Shown here piece after piece: positions 36,102 to 46,643 of a stretch of DNA of 64,000 nt (position 1 is its first letter; each line of letters opens with the position of its first letter). The notes under the pieces are model-generated. The model was not told the DNA's origin, did not search any database, and saw nothing but the letters and a program-made list of their open reading frames with translations. Location of the stretch: IMG/VR virus record IMGVR_UViG_3300034158_000010, positions 1-64,000 of that record; one strand, given 5' to 3'. The DNA is from a virus. The translations under genes were made by a program, and so were the position numbers.

Positions 36102-38296
36102 TAGAAGTTAGCGTGAGTACCACGGAAGCGTTCACGTTGTGCGCGTTCTACTTCACCATAACGGTTAGTACGCATTCTACGAACACGATCATCATGTACT
36201 TGTTTAATCATGGCGTCAATACCCACACCGCCAGATTCGCCGACATCAATCCAACGAGAAATAGCGCGTAGACGCATTTCCAGTTTAGCGACCAACATTT
36301 TGTTAGACTCGCCTTTAAGCTGTTCCAGAAGTTTATCAAACTCATCTTTATACTTCTTAGACTGTGCGTCACGGTACAGTTCAACACTGGTTTGTTCAAC
36401 ATCACGAGTAGTAGCACGAGAGAAAATGGTCTTAGGATTAATACCGTAGTATTCCAAGTTCTCACCACGGATACACATCCAGTGGCCAAGCAGCATCGAT
36501 ACACACATGTCATCGTGTGCGTCGTTGTTGTGGTCAATACGACCGTTCTTGATGGTCAGTGCCAGCATCTCTGTAATCAGCTGCTTATCGTTCATCGTAC
36601 GGCCACCCAGATCAACCGAGGAACCCAGCGAGTCTTTATACAGGGCATTACGTGAGTAACGACCAGAACCAGCTGTGTTGAAGCCGAAGTGACGTTTAAA
36701 GCGATCGTAGAACTGAGGTGTACGTTGAGTAACCGGAGTCGTCCGAATGCACTCGTACTCCGATTCCATCAATTGCGCTTCGTCAACCACACGGTTAAAG
36801 ATACGCTTGAATGGATCGATCCCCTTAGAGTGCAGGATCAGGATTACGATGTCAATCAAACTGATACCCGTAGACTTACGTTCTGGAATCCAAGTGATAC
36901 CTGGATAACGGATCAACAGCTCAGCAATGTACGTGGCCAACATACTAACGTTAGTTTCATTGTAACGACCAGCAAACAAGATCTCGTGAGTTTCAGTATC
37001 GAAACCTACCAGACCGGTGGCATCGTTATCTTCACCGAGGAGTTCACTAGGGTCACAACCCATCACTACCTTACAGTTGGCCATACGCGACTCAATCTGT
37101 TCTTTAGGGATGTACCAACGCAACATGTAGCCGTCATCGTTTTGTTCGTAGTGCAACGGTTCACGCATTGCTTCTTTAAGAATCTTCTTGTGTTCCTGAG
37201 TCAGAGGAGAACCCTCACCACCCACGGTCCAGATGTTAAAGAAGTCACGGTCAGCAATCTCACCAAAGGAACTAGATTCCCGAAGTGTGCGATACAGCCA
37301 TAGATCGTCACGACCTAGTTGACGGTGGTTAAACGCGCCGTAGATCAATGGCGTCTTACCGGTTGTTCCTTTCTCCACCATCAGCTCTACAGCAGCTTGT
37401 GTTGGAAGGTCAAAGTAAGTCTCACTCCAGATAGCACCACCGGTCATGAACCCGTGTGCAAACTTACCATCTCGTGTGGTTACGTTACCAGCCGTCGTAG
37501 TGAAGATGTTACCGAAGAACTGTTTCTCACGACGGGCGTTATCACGTGCAGCAGATCCCGCAGCTAGTGCTACTGGCAGGGAGATCTCGATCAAGCTAAT
37601 GTATGCAAATTCGTCGAACTGCATGATAGGTACAGTCAGACCACGACCGAGTTTATCCGCAGCGATCTTATCGTTACGGGCTACAGCTGTTTTGTAACGG
37701 TTCTTCAAACGTACGCAGGTCAGGAGTTCAGAGTTGTCAGCATCATTACGATCAACCATGTCGATGTAATCAGGTAACAGTTCTCGCATCTCTTTAAGAC
37801 GTTCGATGTTCGAGTCGCGGAGCTTAGCATCTTTCGTGATGAGGTTGATGGTAGTCTTGTAACCCCAGATAAACATCAGGCCAACCATCAGTACGTCCGT
37901 TGATACAGACTTACCCGTTTGACGAGGTTGGAGCAATCCAAAGTTGATGTGGTTAAAGAAACTCCAGTACAACGCGATGTTACCACGGTTAGCCAGGAAC
38001 TTTGAAGGTACAGCACCCACTTGCGGAATACGAGCGACTTCCCTAAAGTAGTACCACGGGTTAAACTTACATTCAAAGGCGATCTTGGCTTTTGTCGTAA
38101 TATCGAGACCCTCATCATAAGGATCTACACCCGATAGCTCTGGTTGCATCAGTGCGAGGGGAAACTTCCAGTTCTTAACTTTCAGTTCATCGCGATACAA
38201 GTGAGCCAACTTAAGGAAGGTCGTATTAGTGGTATTAAGGTCAGCGCGAGCGGTATGGAAGCGATCCCAATCCGAAGCGAATAACAGCATATCCAT
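36101..38296 (-). CDS. terL: Terminase large subunit (phiKZ gp25-like)
   Basis: NPWYYFRE, Walker A QPRQTGKS, Walker B QFDE, TTTAG, nuclease GCDPS and HDD. Confidence 0.92.
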   Translation of the reverse strand: MDMLLFASDWDRFHTARADLNTTNTTFLKLAHLYRDELKVKNWKFPLALMQPELSGVDPYDEGLDITTKAKIAFECKFNPWYYFREVARIPQVGAVPSKFLANRGNIALYWSFFNHINFGLLQPRQTGKSVSTDVLMVGLMFIWGYKTTINLITKDAKLRDSNIERLKEMRELLPDYIDMVDRNDADNSELLTCVRLKNRYKTAVARNDKIAADKLGRGLTVPIMQFDEFAYISLIEISLPVALAAGSAARDNARREKQFFGNIFTTTAGNVTTRDGKFAHGFMTGGAIWSETYFDLPTQAAVELMVEKGTTGKTPLIYGAFNHRQLGRDDLWLYRTLRESSSFGEIADRDFFNIWTVGGEGSPLTQEHKKILKEAMREPLHYEQNDDGYMLRWYIPKEQIESRMANCKVVMGCDPSELLGEDNDATGLVGFDTETHEILFAGRYNETNVSMLATYIAELLIRYPGITWIPERKSTGISLIDIVILILHSKGIDPFKRIFNRVVDEAQLMESEYECIRTTPVTQRTPQFYDRFKRHFGFNTAGSGRYSRNALYKDSLGSSVDLGGRTMNDKQLITEMLALTIKNGRIDHNNDAHDDMCVSMLLGHWMCIRGENLEYYGINPKTIFSRATTRDVEQTSVELYRDAQSKKYKDEFDKLLEQLKGESNKMLVAKLEMRLRAISRWIDVGESGGVGIDAMIKQVHDDRVRRMRTNRYGEVERAQRERFRGTHANF

Positions 38297-38360
38297 AATG
38301 ACGAGCCTCTAATAAAAGGTAATGTGTTCATAGGGTTGGTAATAGAAGCCCTTTAAAGCC

Positions 38361-38368
38361 TATATTAC
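38361..38368 (+). promoter_or_regulatory. Early promoter TATATTAC
   Basis: TAGAAGCCCTTTAAAGCC-TATATTAC-TTTAGTGAAT. Confidence 0.85.
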
Positions 38369-38544
38369 TTTAGTGAATCTTACATTAAATAACTGATAGG
38401 AAATCGGAAATGTATATCGAAGAACTTGAACGTGATGCCACCCCAGAAGAAATTGTTCTGGGTTTAGTATTCGCCGTAGTAGCGGTCACCGTGGTCTATA
38501 ATTTCCTGACCTGGGCTACTGAGTAACCTAACGGAGTTTTGTAA

Positions 38545-39150
38545 ATGCGCAATTCGAACAACTTACCGGAATTGAAATCTAAAGCTGAATGGGCAATTTT
38601 AACGAACGAATGGAAGAACGATTGGTGGTATGATCGTCGGGAGAACGTTAAGCGAATGGCCTGGTGTATCTTGACCGAAGAAGTTGCTACTCGTTTGGGT
38701 AAGTGGCTGAGTAACTTCGAGTTGATCATCGAGCCCTTCGCCGGTACTGGCTACATCGCTGAACATCTGCGTCGTGCTGGTGGATTGACCCGTAAGCAAT
38801 ATCGTGCTTATGATGGTTGCCGGTCTCACTGGAAAGAATCCGACCGTCCGAACTACGGCTTTACTAAGTCGGGTTGCTTCAACCTCAATTACAAGACTGC
38901 CGATGTGGTAGTCATGACCTGGCCGAACTATAATGAGAACCTTGCGTATCGGGTTGTTCGTAAAATGGTTCCCGGTCAGTACCTCGTCTATAATGGTGAG
39001 GGTAATTACGGTTGCACGGGAGATGACAAGTATCATGAATATCTCGAAACGCACTTCGAGAAGTTCGAAGCATTTTGTGACGAGCTTAATGAACACCACA
39101 TTAAGTACCTGTCCATCCATGATCGTTGGTACGTCTATCGTAAAAAATAA
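38545..39150 (+). CDS. SAM-dependent methyltransferase-like protein
   Basis: Motif I IIEPFAGTGY; VVMTWPNY. Confidence 0.75.
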   Translation: MRNSNNLPELKSKAEWAILTNEWKNDWWYDRRENVKRMAWCILTEEVATRLGKWLSNFELIIEPFAGTGYIAEHLRRAGGLTRKQYRAYDGCRSHWKESDRPNYGFTKSGCFNLNYKTADVVVMTWPNYNENLAYRVVRKMVPGQYLVYNGEGNYGCTGDDKYHEYLETHFEKFEAFCDELNEHHIKYLSIHDRWYVYRKK

Positions 39151-39279
39151 GGATTGATTCATGCGTCGTAAAACTAGAGTAAATCCCACCGACCGCAAGT
39201 GGGTAGCTGTAATTGCAGTGGTTGATTTGGTCATGGCATTAGCTTGCCTTGGTTTCACTTTCCTTTAAAGGACTTATCC

Positions 39280-39774
39280 ATGTTGATCCGTTACAATACA
39301 CCACTCTATCGTAAGCTGTACAAGTCGTACGTTGAGCGTTACGATAACTGTGACAAGGTTGAGAACATCGAAGATCGTGTCCGTGGTATCTGCGCTCACA
39401 TTCGTAATGCAGATCTAGGCGTATCCGTCTGGAGCTGTGAAGGGCATGACGAACCGTTTAACGCCTACACCGGCTACATCATGTTTGCCCCACGTAACCG
39501 GGAAGCAGCTTCCATCATGATGGATATCTTCCAACAGGTCAGTGCCAAGCTTATCCAGCTTTATGGTTGGGACTCCGGTATTGAGATCGAACACGACCTC
39601 GTATGTACCACCGATACCGAAGGTCGTGAACATCAGTACCCGTGTGTAACCATCCGTAACACCAGCATGACCGAGCATCATGCTAACGTCTGGTGGAAGG
39701 CGGTTGACACTGTAACAAAAGCTCTACTCAAGTCTCGCATTGAATTGCAGGCATTCCTCAAGACCAAGAAGTAA
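39280..39774 (+). CDS. Tyw3-like fold protein
   Basis: SVWSCEGH resembles the Tyw3 TxSSCSGR motif; tentative. Confidence 0.5.
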   Translation: MLIRYNTPLYRKLYKSYVERYDNCDKVENIEDRVRGICAHIRNADLGVSVWSCEGHDEPFNAYTGYIMFAPRNREAASIMMDIFQQVSAKLIQLYGWDSGIEIEHDLVCTTDTEGREHQYPCVTIRNTSMTEHHANVWWKAVDTVTKALLKSRIELQAFLKTKK

Positions 39775-39822
39775 TCCCCAAACGATCGCAGCGTTAACTG
39801 CATATTTAAACCGAGGTTAAAG

Positions 39823-40239
39823 ATGAATAGTTTGCGTGAACGTTTCATTGAAGACACCCGTCGTTCAACTGATGCACGGCGTGATAGCTGTGGTCTGGAT
39901 TTTCGGACCAGTTCTCAGAAGGGTCAGGAAGGCCGCTTCCTGAACAAGCATACCCACGCGATGTGGCTTGGTTATCAGCTGGCCCATACCGCAGCCTTTT
40001 ATGATGACAAAGTTGAGAACGAGGAATCGGTCTTGATGGGACGTTATGTCGTAATGAACCGGGTCGGTCCAGGTGTTAAGGTTAAGTCCAGTCACCACCC
40101 ATTCGTACATCGTGGTCGTAAGACTGCACTCGATGAAGCTGAGCGATTGACCCTGGAGCACAACAGTGAGTTTGTTGTATTCCGCTGTGTAGCTGCACGA
40201 GCACCTAAAACCATTACCGAGGTCACCACCAATGCGTAA
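39823..40239 (+). CDS. Hypothetical protein
   Basis: GAGGT RBS. Confidence 0.75.
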   Translation: MNSLRERFIEDTRRSTDARRDSCGLDFRTSSQKGQEGRFLNKHTHAMWLGYQLAHTAAFYDDKVENEESVLMGRYVVMNRVGPGVKVKSSHHPFVHRGRKTALDEAERLTLEHNSEFVVFRCVAARAPKTITEVTTNA

Positions 40240-40933
40240 CTACACCGCTGCTCAAATCCGTACCATGGTTGAATCTCTGGGTCGTGTCTATGACATCCCG
40301 TCTCACGAGTTCATGCTCACTCACGGAACGGCTATGGTTGTTCATGGGCTGCGTACCACCACCAAGGACATGGACATCACGGTTAACACCACGGTGTTCG
40401 ATAAACTGGTCGGTTACATCGGGGCTACTACTGACATCCATGGTCAGGTGATCTGGTTGCCGGGTGCTATCGAGATCCGTCCTCTGAAGACCCTCCGTAC
40501 CCCAAGCTTCTTTGAGAACCTCAACGGTTGCCGGGTGCAGTCTTTGCAGTCACTGTTGGAGACATATCAGTCGCTGCAAGCTGAACCACTTCCAGGTCGT
40601 GATAAAGGTGCTCAAGATGGCACCAGCATTGATCTGTGTGTCGCGCGCCTTGCTCGTGAGGCGAATGAAATTGCTCGTGATGTTGAGATGACTATCCGGT
40701 CTGTAGGTGATGATCTCATCACTGCAATCATGACCATGGGTGGGACTGATATTTGGGCCAAGATCAATGGTACGGTATCGACAACTATCAAAGATGCCAC
40801 CCACAGTAAATGGCACGTGACATTCAATGCCACTGAACGCTGCGTAGACATTTACGAAGTCAGTGAAATTGATATGAACGGTCGTGTCGAGGGTGGTCGT
40901 GTAAGTTTTACTAAGAGGCTGATCACCGTATGA
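40232..40933 (+). CDS. Pol-beta-superfamily nucleotidyltransferase-like protein
   Basis: HGTAMVVHGLRTTTKDMDI (G.A...G.R..T.D.D). Confidence 0.7.
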   Translation: MRNYTAAQIRTMVESLGRVYDIPSHEFMLTHGTAMVVHGLRTTTKDMDITVNTTVFDKLVGYIGATTDIHGQVIWLPGAIEIRPLKTLRTPSFFENLNGCRVQSLQSLLETYQSLQAEPLPGRDKGAQDGTSIDLCVARLAREANEIARDVEMTIRSVGDDLITAIMTMGGTDIWAKINGTVSTTIKDATHSKWHVTFNATERCVDIYEVSEIDMNGRVEGGRVSFTKRLITV

Positions 40934-41175
40934 AAGCACTACTGTTGGCTACACTGATCGGGGCGTCAGGTAATGATGCTCCGAATGTTGATCAACAACA
41001 CATCTGGTTTGAAGGACCAGCTGCGTACACCGAATGTGTCATCACTGAAGCTGCCTTGCATTTCGGTACTCCAACGTCGCAGGATGGCGACAAGGTCTCT
41101 ACCTTGAAAGTCCGTGCAACTGCGACTGCAACTCGTACTACACGCTGCATCAAATTTAACTAAGAGGATCTTACC

Positions 41176-41859
41176 ATGCAACCTAAGAAAATGGCTCCAA
41201 CCAAAGTGCTGGCCGAACTCAACTTTCTTGAGTTCCATCAGCAGAAGGGTCAACTGGAATGCGGTACCTATCGGGTAGTGGAACACGATGGGGAAATCAA
41301 CTATGCGGTGCTGGGTCAGTGCCGTGGTACGCTGGTCTTTGATATCGACTGGTATACTGAAGACGAGTATATCAGCTACGGTGAAGATGATGCCCGCCTG
41401 AATGCCATCATGGACTTCGATCCAGACCTCGATGAAGAACTGATGGATTCCTGGGATCGTGCGATGCATCGGGAAACTGATAACCGTTTGGCTGACGAGA
41501 TCGCAATGGCTGACCATGACGAGTTCCGTCGGGTTAGTGCTGAGGATTTTGCTAACGACGATGATCGGGTTGACGACGAGCATTTGATCGTTGAGATGTC
41601 GAGGCCGGGTAAAACGCTGGGTGAGTTGTTGCGTGAGCATCTGGACAACAAACCTGAAGTTACTACCAACACTCCGATGTTCAACGAACGTCCTTACATC
41701 GAAGCTGCCGACCTGGCTGAAGCTGAGTTTGAGGATATGACAGAGCCGGAGTTTGATATGCATCGTCATGACCTCAGTAGTTTCATGGAACGTTCCCATG
41801 AACAGCTGAATATCGCCATGGCGGCTTTACCACCTGAAGCAATTAAGAGCGGTGAATAA
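41176..41859 (+). CDS. Highly acidic hypothetical protein
   Basis: GAGGA RBS; about a quarter D/E. Confidence 0.8.
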   Translation: MQPKKMAPTKVLAELNFLEFHQQKGQLECGTYRVVEHDGEINYAVLGQCRGTLVFDIDWYTEDEYISYGEDDARLNAIMDFDPDLDEELMDSWDRAMHRETDNRLADEIAMADHDEFRRVSAEDFANDDDRVDDEHLIVEMSRPGKTLGELLREHLDNKPEVTTNTPMFNERPYIEAADLAEAEFEDMTEPEFDMHRHDLSSFMERSHEQLNIAMAALPPEAIKSGE

Positions 41860-43204
41860 TGCTTCGACTAATCCGTTGGCTCATTGGGTTCTGTACCCAT
41901 GACTACGAATTGCTCTCCATTACCGATGTTAAATACGTCGGTGATGAGGGTCCTATTCAGGCAATCGATCTTGCTCACCGTGGGGCGATTAAATACCAAG
42001 CATTACGCATGCGTTGTACGCGCTGTGGTAAAGTCACAACTAAAAAGGTTAAACCATGAATCGTTTCGGTACCTACCGGATGGAAGTTGTCGTAACCCCT
42101 ATCGATGGTAGTACGGTTAACTTCAAAGAACGTGACCTGTACTTCGGTATGGGTTTATGTCTGTCTTACACCGGGCGTAAGTATGACGGTACGGTAATCA
42201 TTGAAGGTAAGGAAGATCATCTGCGTAAGCTGATGGGACAACACAACTTCAAGATCGCTGTACCGATTCACGCTGCACCAACATCAATCCCAACCGCAGG
42301 AGTACCCGTACAATGAAATTGCTTTTACACACGGCAATGTATCTGTTGGTAATGGCAGGCTTCATGCTTTGTACCAATACCTTTATTTACAAAACCATTC
42401 CTCTGATTCGTGGGGATCTGGTTGGGGTTGAACTGGAGCATGCTTTGCTGGGTAACTCCATGCTGTTCGCAGCTGGGTTTGTGGTGTGGACATTCGCACT
42501 GACACAGATCCGGGAATTCCAACGCTCGACTGACGGTGAATGCCGTAAATGTAAATGCAAGGAGTGTAAACGTGGGTAAGCTATTCTGGAAAGCAATGCG
42601 GATACTTATGCTGATTATCGCTGGTTTCTATGGTATCAGCATCATCGTTAGTTTGGTTGCGTATGGCGTGAACTGGTACTCACCGGGTGTACCCGGCATT
42701 GAAGACCTTCCACCGTTCCGTGATCAGATTGCCTACTACACCTCTGCGTACTTTGGTTCATACTGGATCAAGCGCAAAATCATTGACGAGGATTAATCAT
42801 GAACTTCAATTGGCGTGTAAAAGTTTTGGGTAACACCAGCGATGCTCTGCTGGCTATGGGCTTTGCTGTTAACACTTACGAGTGTGCATCAGGTGAACAT
42901 TGGGTCATCGGTTGCAGTCACTCGCAGTTGGAAGCTGATGTCAAGCGTAATGGCCTGACCGCTATCACCCAGTATGAAGCAATCCGAGGTTAAGTAAATG
43001 GCAGTGTCTATCCCGGTGTCGGCATGGAATCGTTTCGTGTTTGACCGTAAAGATCCTCGACGCTGGGGAGAACAGTTCTATGATTACATGGAGCTGCATT
43101 TATTAACCAACCCATTTGATAAAGTGTGGTGTGATGGCATGCGCCGAACTGGTTCTAAGACCGGTCGTCAAATGGTAATGAACGCACTCGATCACAGTCG
43201 TTAA
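41859..43204 (+). CDS. Run of six small coupled ORFs (41859-42059, 42056-42316, 42313-42579, ~42572-42796, 42799-42993, 42998-43204)
   Basis: Overlapping or abutting starts and stops; two are membrane proteins, one has CxH...CxxC. Confidence 0.65.
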
Positions 43205-43217
43205 GGAGTTCTAGCTA

Positions 43218-44926
43218 ATGGTCACTACCCGCAGTGAATTGATTGAACGTCTTCTGACCGAAGACTGCCGTAAAGCTCTGGCTGAGGTCAACGATGTTAT
43301 CGCTGAAATCAAGTTGGATGAGTTTCAATTCGATGGCGATGACATGTTCGTTATCCACATGGAAACCAGGCTGTACGATAGCGAAGCTGCCTTGGTGCGC
43401 GAAGTCCTGGAAGCAGCTGGTTGGAAGAGTGTCAAGGTTAAAGATAGTCGTGTTTCGTTCAACTTCTAAGGAGTAACCGATGGGCCTTAAATATGCGGTA
43501 TCAGCGCAGGTGTTTGAGAAGCAAGACCGAGTAAAGAAAGACTATGTACTCATGATGTTTGAGCGACATGGTTTCATGTACGGTGGTTTAGTACCAGCTA
43601 ACGCGGCTGCTGAGTACACAGTCGAAGCTGTACAGGCTATGGTCACTCAGCTGTACAGTGATCTTCCATGGCTACCGTTCGTGAAAGGTAACGACTACTC
43701 TGACATCCTTACACAGTTGGATCAAATCGTTGACCGTATCCGCACGGGTACCACCGATTACTTCGACTGGGATAATGACGTGGAAGAAGTCGCTGAGTCC
43801 TTCTGCGCGGCGTACGCTCGTAATCACCGTGAGATGACTGTGCACTACGCGTACATGGCTACCCAAACCGAAACCAAACCTTACTTCAAGGAGACCCCAT
43901 ATGTACGATAGCAATCGCGACGATACTATCCCCCGTGCCACAGAGGTACTGGGTCACTTCAAACGTAACATTACCGCCGATGCACTGAACCGTTTGCGTG
44001 ATGCTTTTAAAGCGGGTTGGAAATCACCGGTTAAGATTACCAACCCACTGGACTTTGAGATCAAGGTCGATTTCGGACGGTCCTTACCAGACGATGCGCG
44101 TAAAGCGGTAGAGTCTGAACTGGCACATCACGGATGGGCTAACCATATATTCACCACTCACGTGGTAGACGGTGTGGCTGCCGACCAACTGTTAGTGAAG
44201 CTGGATCACACCGAGGCTTGTAAGTATGCGTGAATTAGATGAACTCATCAGGCTGATTAAGATCTCGACGAGTTCGCCTCCTCACCGCAGTCCAACGACC
44301 ACTGATGCTGATTGGCACTGGCGTATCGCTATGCCGCACATCATGTCAGCTGAAGAACAAATCTACATCACCCAAGGCTTAGGCTTGACGGTGGGTAAGT
44401 ATGCCTTCGGTGGGAATACCGATAACAACGGTAAAACCCAGGTCATCAAAATCTACGTTTACTAAGAGCTAAGTAATGATCCCTAAGAAAATGGATGTGT
44501 TGCGCAAGGCCCATACACCGTTCATGCGGCGTTTGATTGAACTGGTGGGCGATCACTTGACAAAGGCTGATTTCAGCAATGCCGCTGATTCATCGTGGTC
44601 GATCACGTTCCATCTGGGGCAACGGCTCACCAGTGCTGATGAATTCTTTATTCGTCAGGAGTTGGATGCGGCAGGTTGGGGTTGTTCAGTTCGCACGCGT
44701 AGTGTGACTGAAGATTCGCTGGTTGTATTTATCCGCATGTAATCAGGAGTGCTACATGGCTAAGAAATTGACTAAAGGTAAAAGAGCATTCCTCATCCAA
44801 CGGGTTGGTTTGCTTCTCGAATGGGTGTGTCCTTATTGGGAGCGGGCTAATTACGCTTCCAGTATTGAGCTGGCGCGATACGTCTCAGCACAACGTGCTG
44901 CGCTTTACTTAAAGCGTAGTACATAA
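43218..44926 (+). CDS. Run of small ORFs including paralog family C (43218-43469, 43901-44233, 44226-44465, 44476-44742) plus 43480-43911 and 44756-44926
   Basis: RBSs; shared E-L-x-x-x-G-W motif. Confidence 0.7.
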
Positions 44927-44929
44927 CAA

Positions 44930-44976
44930 CATAAAGCCCCTACCTCACGGTAGGGGCAATATGCCTTATTTTTTTT
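44930..44976. terminator. Bidirectional terminator
   Basis: CATAAA-GCCCCTACC-TCAC-GGTAGGGGC...T-run. Confidence 0.85.
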
Positions 44977-44978
44977 GG

Positions 44979-46640
44979 TTACGGACCACTACGCTGGAAG
45001 ACAGGAACTGCTGTGGTAGCCAGTTGCAGGTCAGAGTCGTAAAGCTCACGTACCCAATGGATGGTCAGAGACTCACCCGGATTAAGATCGTTGTTGACGC
45101 GCAGAGCGACGTTCCACTGTTCAACGCTGAACTTGTACGAGTTGTGCAGGAACTGGCAATAGAAGTGAGTAGGTTCTGGAGCGAACTCCTCAGTTTCCAA
45201 GTTAACCAATGGTTGTGCATTGTAGTACATACGTTGCAGCCATTGCGTCTTAGATTGTGCCCCGTTAGCAAGGCGCATGTCCCAGTTGTTGGTAGAGATG
45301 TAATCCATATCTGCAACCAACCCACGACCGTAAGATTCAATCTGGTCAGGACGAGGGAAGACTTCCCAACTAGCGCGTTGTTCACCACTGGTCAAGAGAG
45401 CAAGTTGGAACGTGCTCACGTAACGGAATGGTGCGAAACGACCGTCTACCTTATTCAGGTTAACAGCGTACGTCAGGGTTTGTACTTCACCGTAAGCCCG
45501 AGGACGATAAGCAGCCGAGTTAACACCTAGCTCTACATACGGAGTTACGTTGTAATACTGTTGACGATCTGCGTTGTACAGCCAGAACTCCAAGCGGTAA
45601 CCAATCTGTGCGTTGACCCACGAAGGGTAAGCAAACAGACGGCAGCTATATGCACCGTCAGCAGGGACAGTACGAGCGATGTAGTTCTCGGTGATAGCGC
45701 GATCAGCGGTTGGTACCAATGCATAACTAATCTCATCGGCAGCCAATTGATAACGCAGGGTGATCGGGAACTCTTGCCCTTCAGCGGTCGCTACGTAGTT
45801 CTCCAGACCCAACAAGGCCATTGGTGCAATACCAACATCCATACGGTTCTGCATGCCACCACGATACGATACAACGCCTTGCATCGGCAACGACTTAACC
45901 ATTACGTTCAATGGGAACTCGATTACCTTAGGATCGGACTGGGACAGGAATGGGGTATCAATAGCAATACCTTCAACATAACGCTTGGTCTGATCAGTCT
46001 GACGCAGGACTTGGGTATTCATGACCAGAAGCTGTGCATAACTCACAACACCTTCTTTGTCATCATACGCCACCAGTGTTACACGCTCACCATTAGCCAG
46101 ATCAGTTGAAGTGTTACCAACCATCGGAACCTTGATCGTTTGTACTGGTTGACCGTAGATGTCTGCTGTTTCAACTGGAATGAATGGACCCAAGAAGTTC
46201 CCCGAAGAATCGTAGAACGTCGAGATCATCTCACCTGTTTCATGGTTAATGTCACTACCACGGAATACAGCGTAACTTGCGACCATCGAACCGTAGAAGT
46301 GTAGGCGCTTATCTGGCGACAACACATACGGCGTAACCGACGTATCGATAAAGCAGCGATAGGACTCAGAGCTATAGCCTGGACCAACACCTACCAACAC
46401 GTTCTCTTCACCATCGGGGTCAGTGTGCGGTTTAGGTTCCCAGTCTTCGAAGGTAGGAACCCATGTACCTTCTTCTACGTCAACGACGCGTTCAAAACCT
46501 TTATCGTAGTCAACTACCAGGTCGTTAACGTTGGCTACCCAACGATCGGTCTGGTTAGCTGCCAACTTGATTTCAGTCTTGAGCCAAACCCGGAAACCTC
46601 GATCCGGGTTATAGAAGTTCGAGTTGTTGTAATCGGCCAT
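44979..46640 (-). CDS. Virion structural protein (phiKZ gp26-like)
   Basis: Size and synteny in the terminase-sheath block; beta-rich composition. Confidence 0.65.
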   Translation of the reverse strand: MADYNNSNFYNPDRGFRVWLKTEIKLAANQTDRWVANVNDLVVDYDKGFERVVDVEEGTWVPTFEDWEPKPHTDPDGEENVLVGVGPGYSSESYRCFIDTSVTPYVLSPDKRLHFYGSMVASYAVFRGSDINHETGEMISTFYDSSGNFLGPFIPVETADIYGQPVQTIKVPMVGNTSTDLANGERVTLVAYDDKEGVVSYAQLLVMNTQVLRQTDQTKRYVEGIAIDTPFLSQSDPKVIEFPLNVMVKSLPMQGVVSYRGGMQNRMDVGIAPMALLGLENYVATAEGQEFPITLRYQLAADEISYALVPTADRAITENYIARTVPADGAYSCRLFAYPSWVNAQIGYRLEFWLYNADRQQYYNVTPYVELGVNSAAYRPRAYGEVQTLTYAVNLNKVDGRFAPFRYVSTFQLALLTSGEQRASWEVFPRPDQIESYGRGLVADMDYISTNNWDMRLANGAQSKTQWLQRMYYNAQPLVNLETEEFAPEPTHFYCQFLHNSYKFSVEQWNVALRVNNDLNPGESLTIHWVRELYDSDLQLATTAVPVFQRSGP

Positions 46641-46643
46641 CGA

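Noticed and set aside
27361-38296. Inteins or introns in nrdA, nrdB or terminase
   Set aside because: Lengths are normal and catalytic motifs are contiguous
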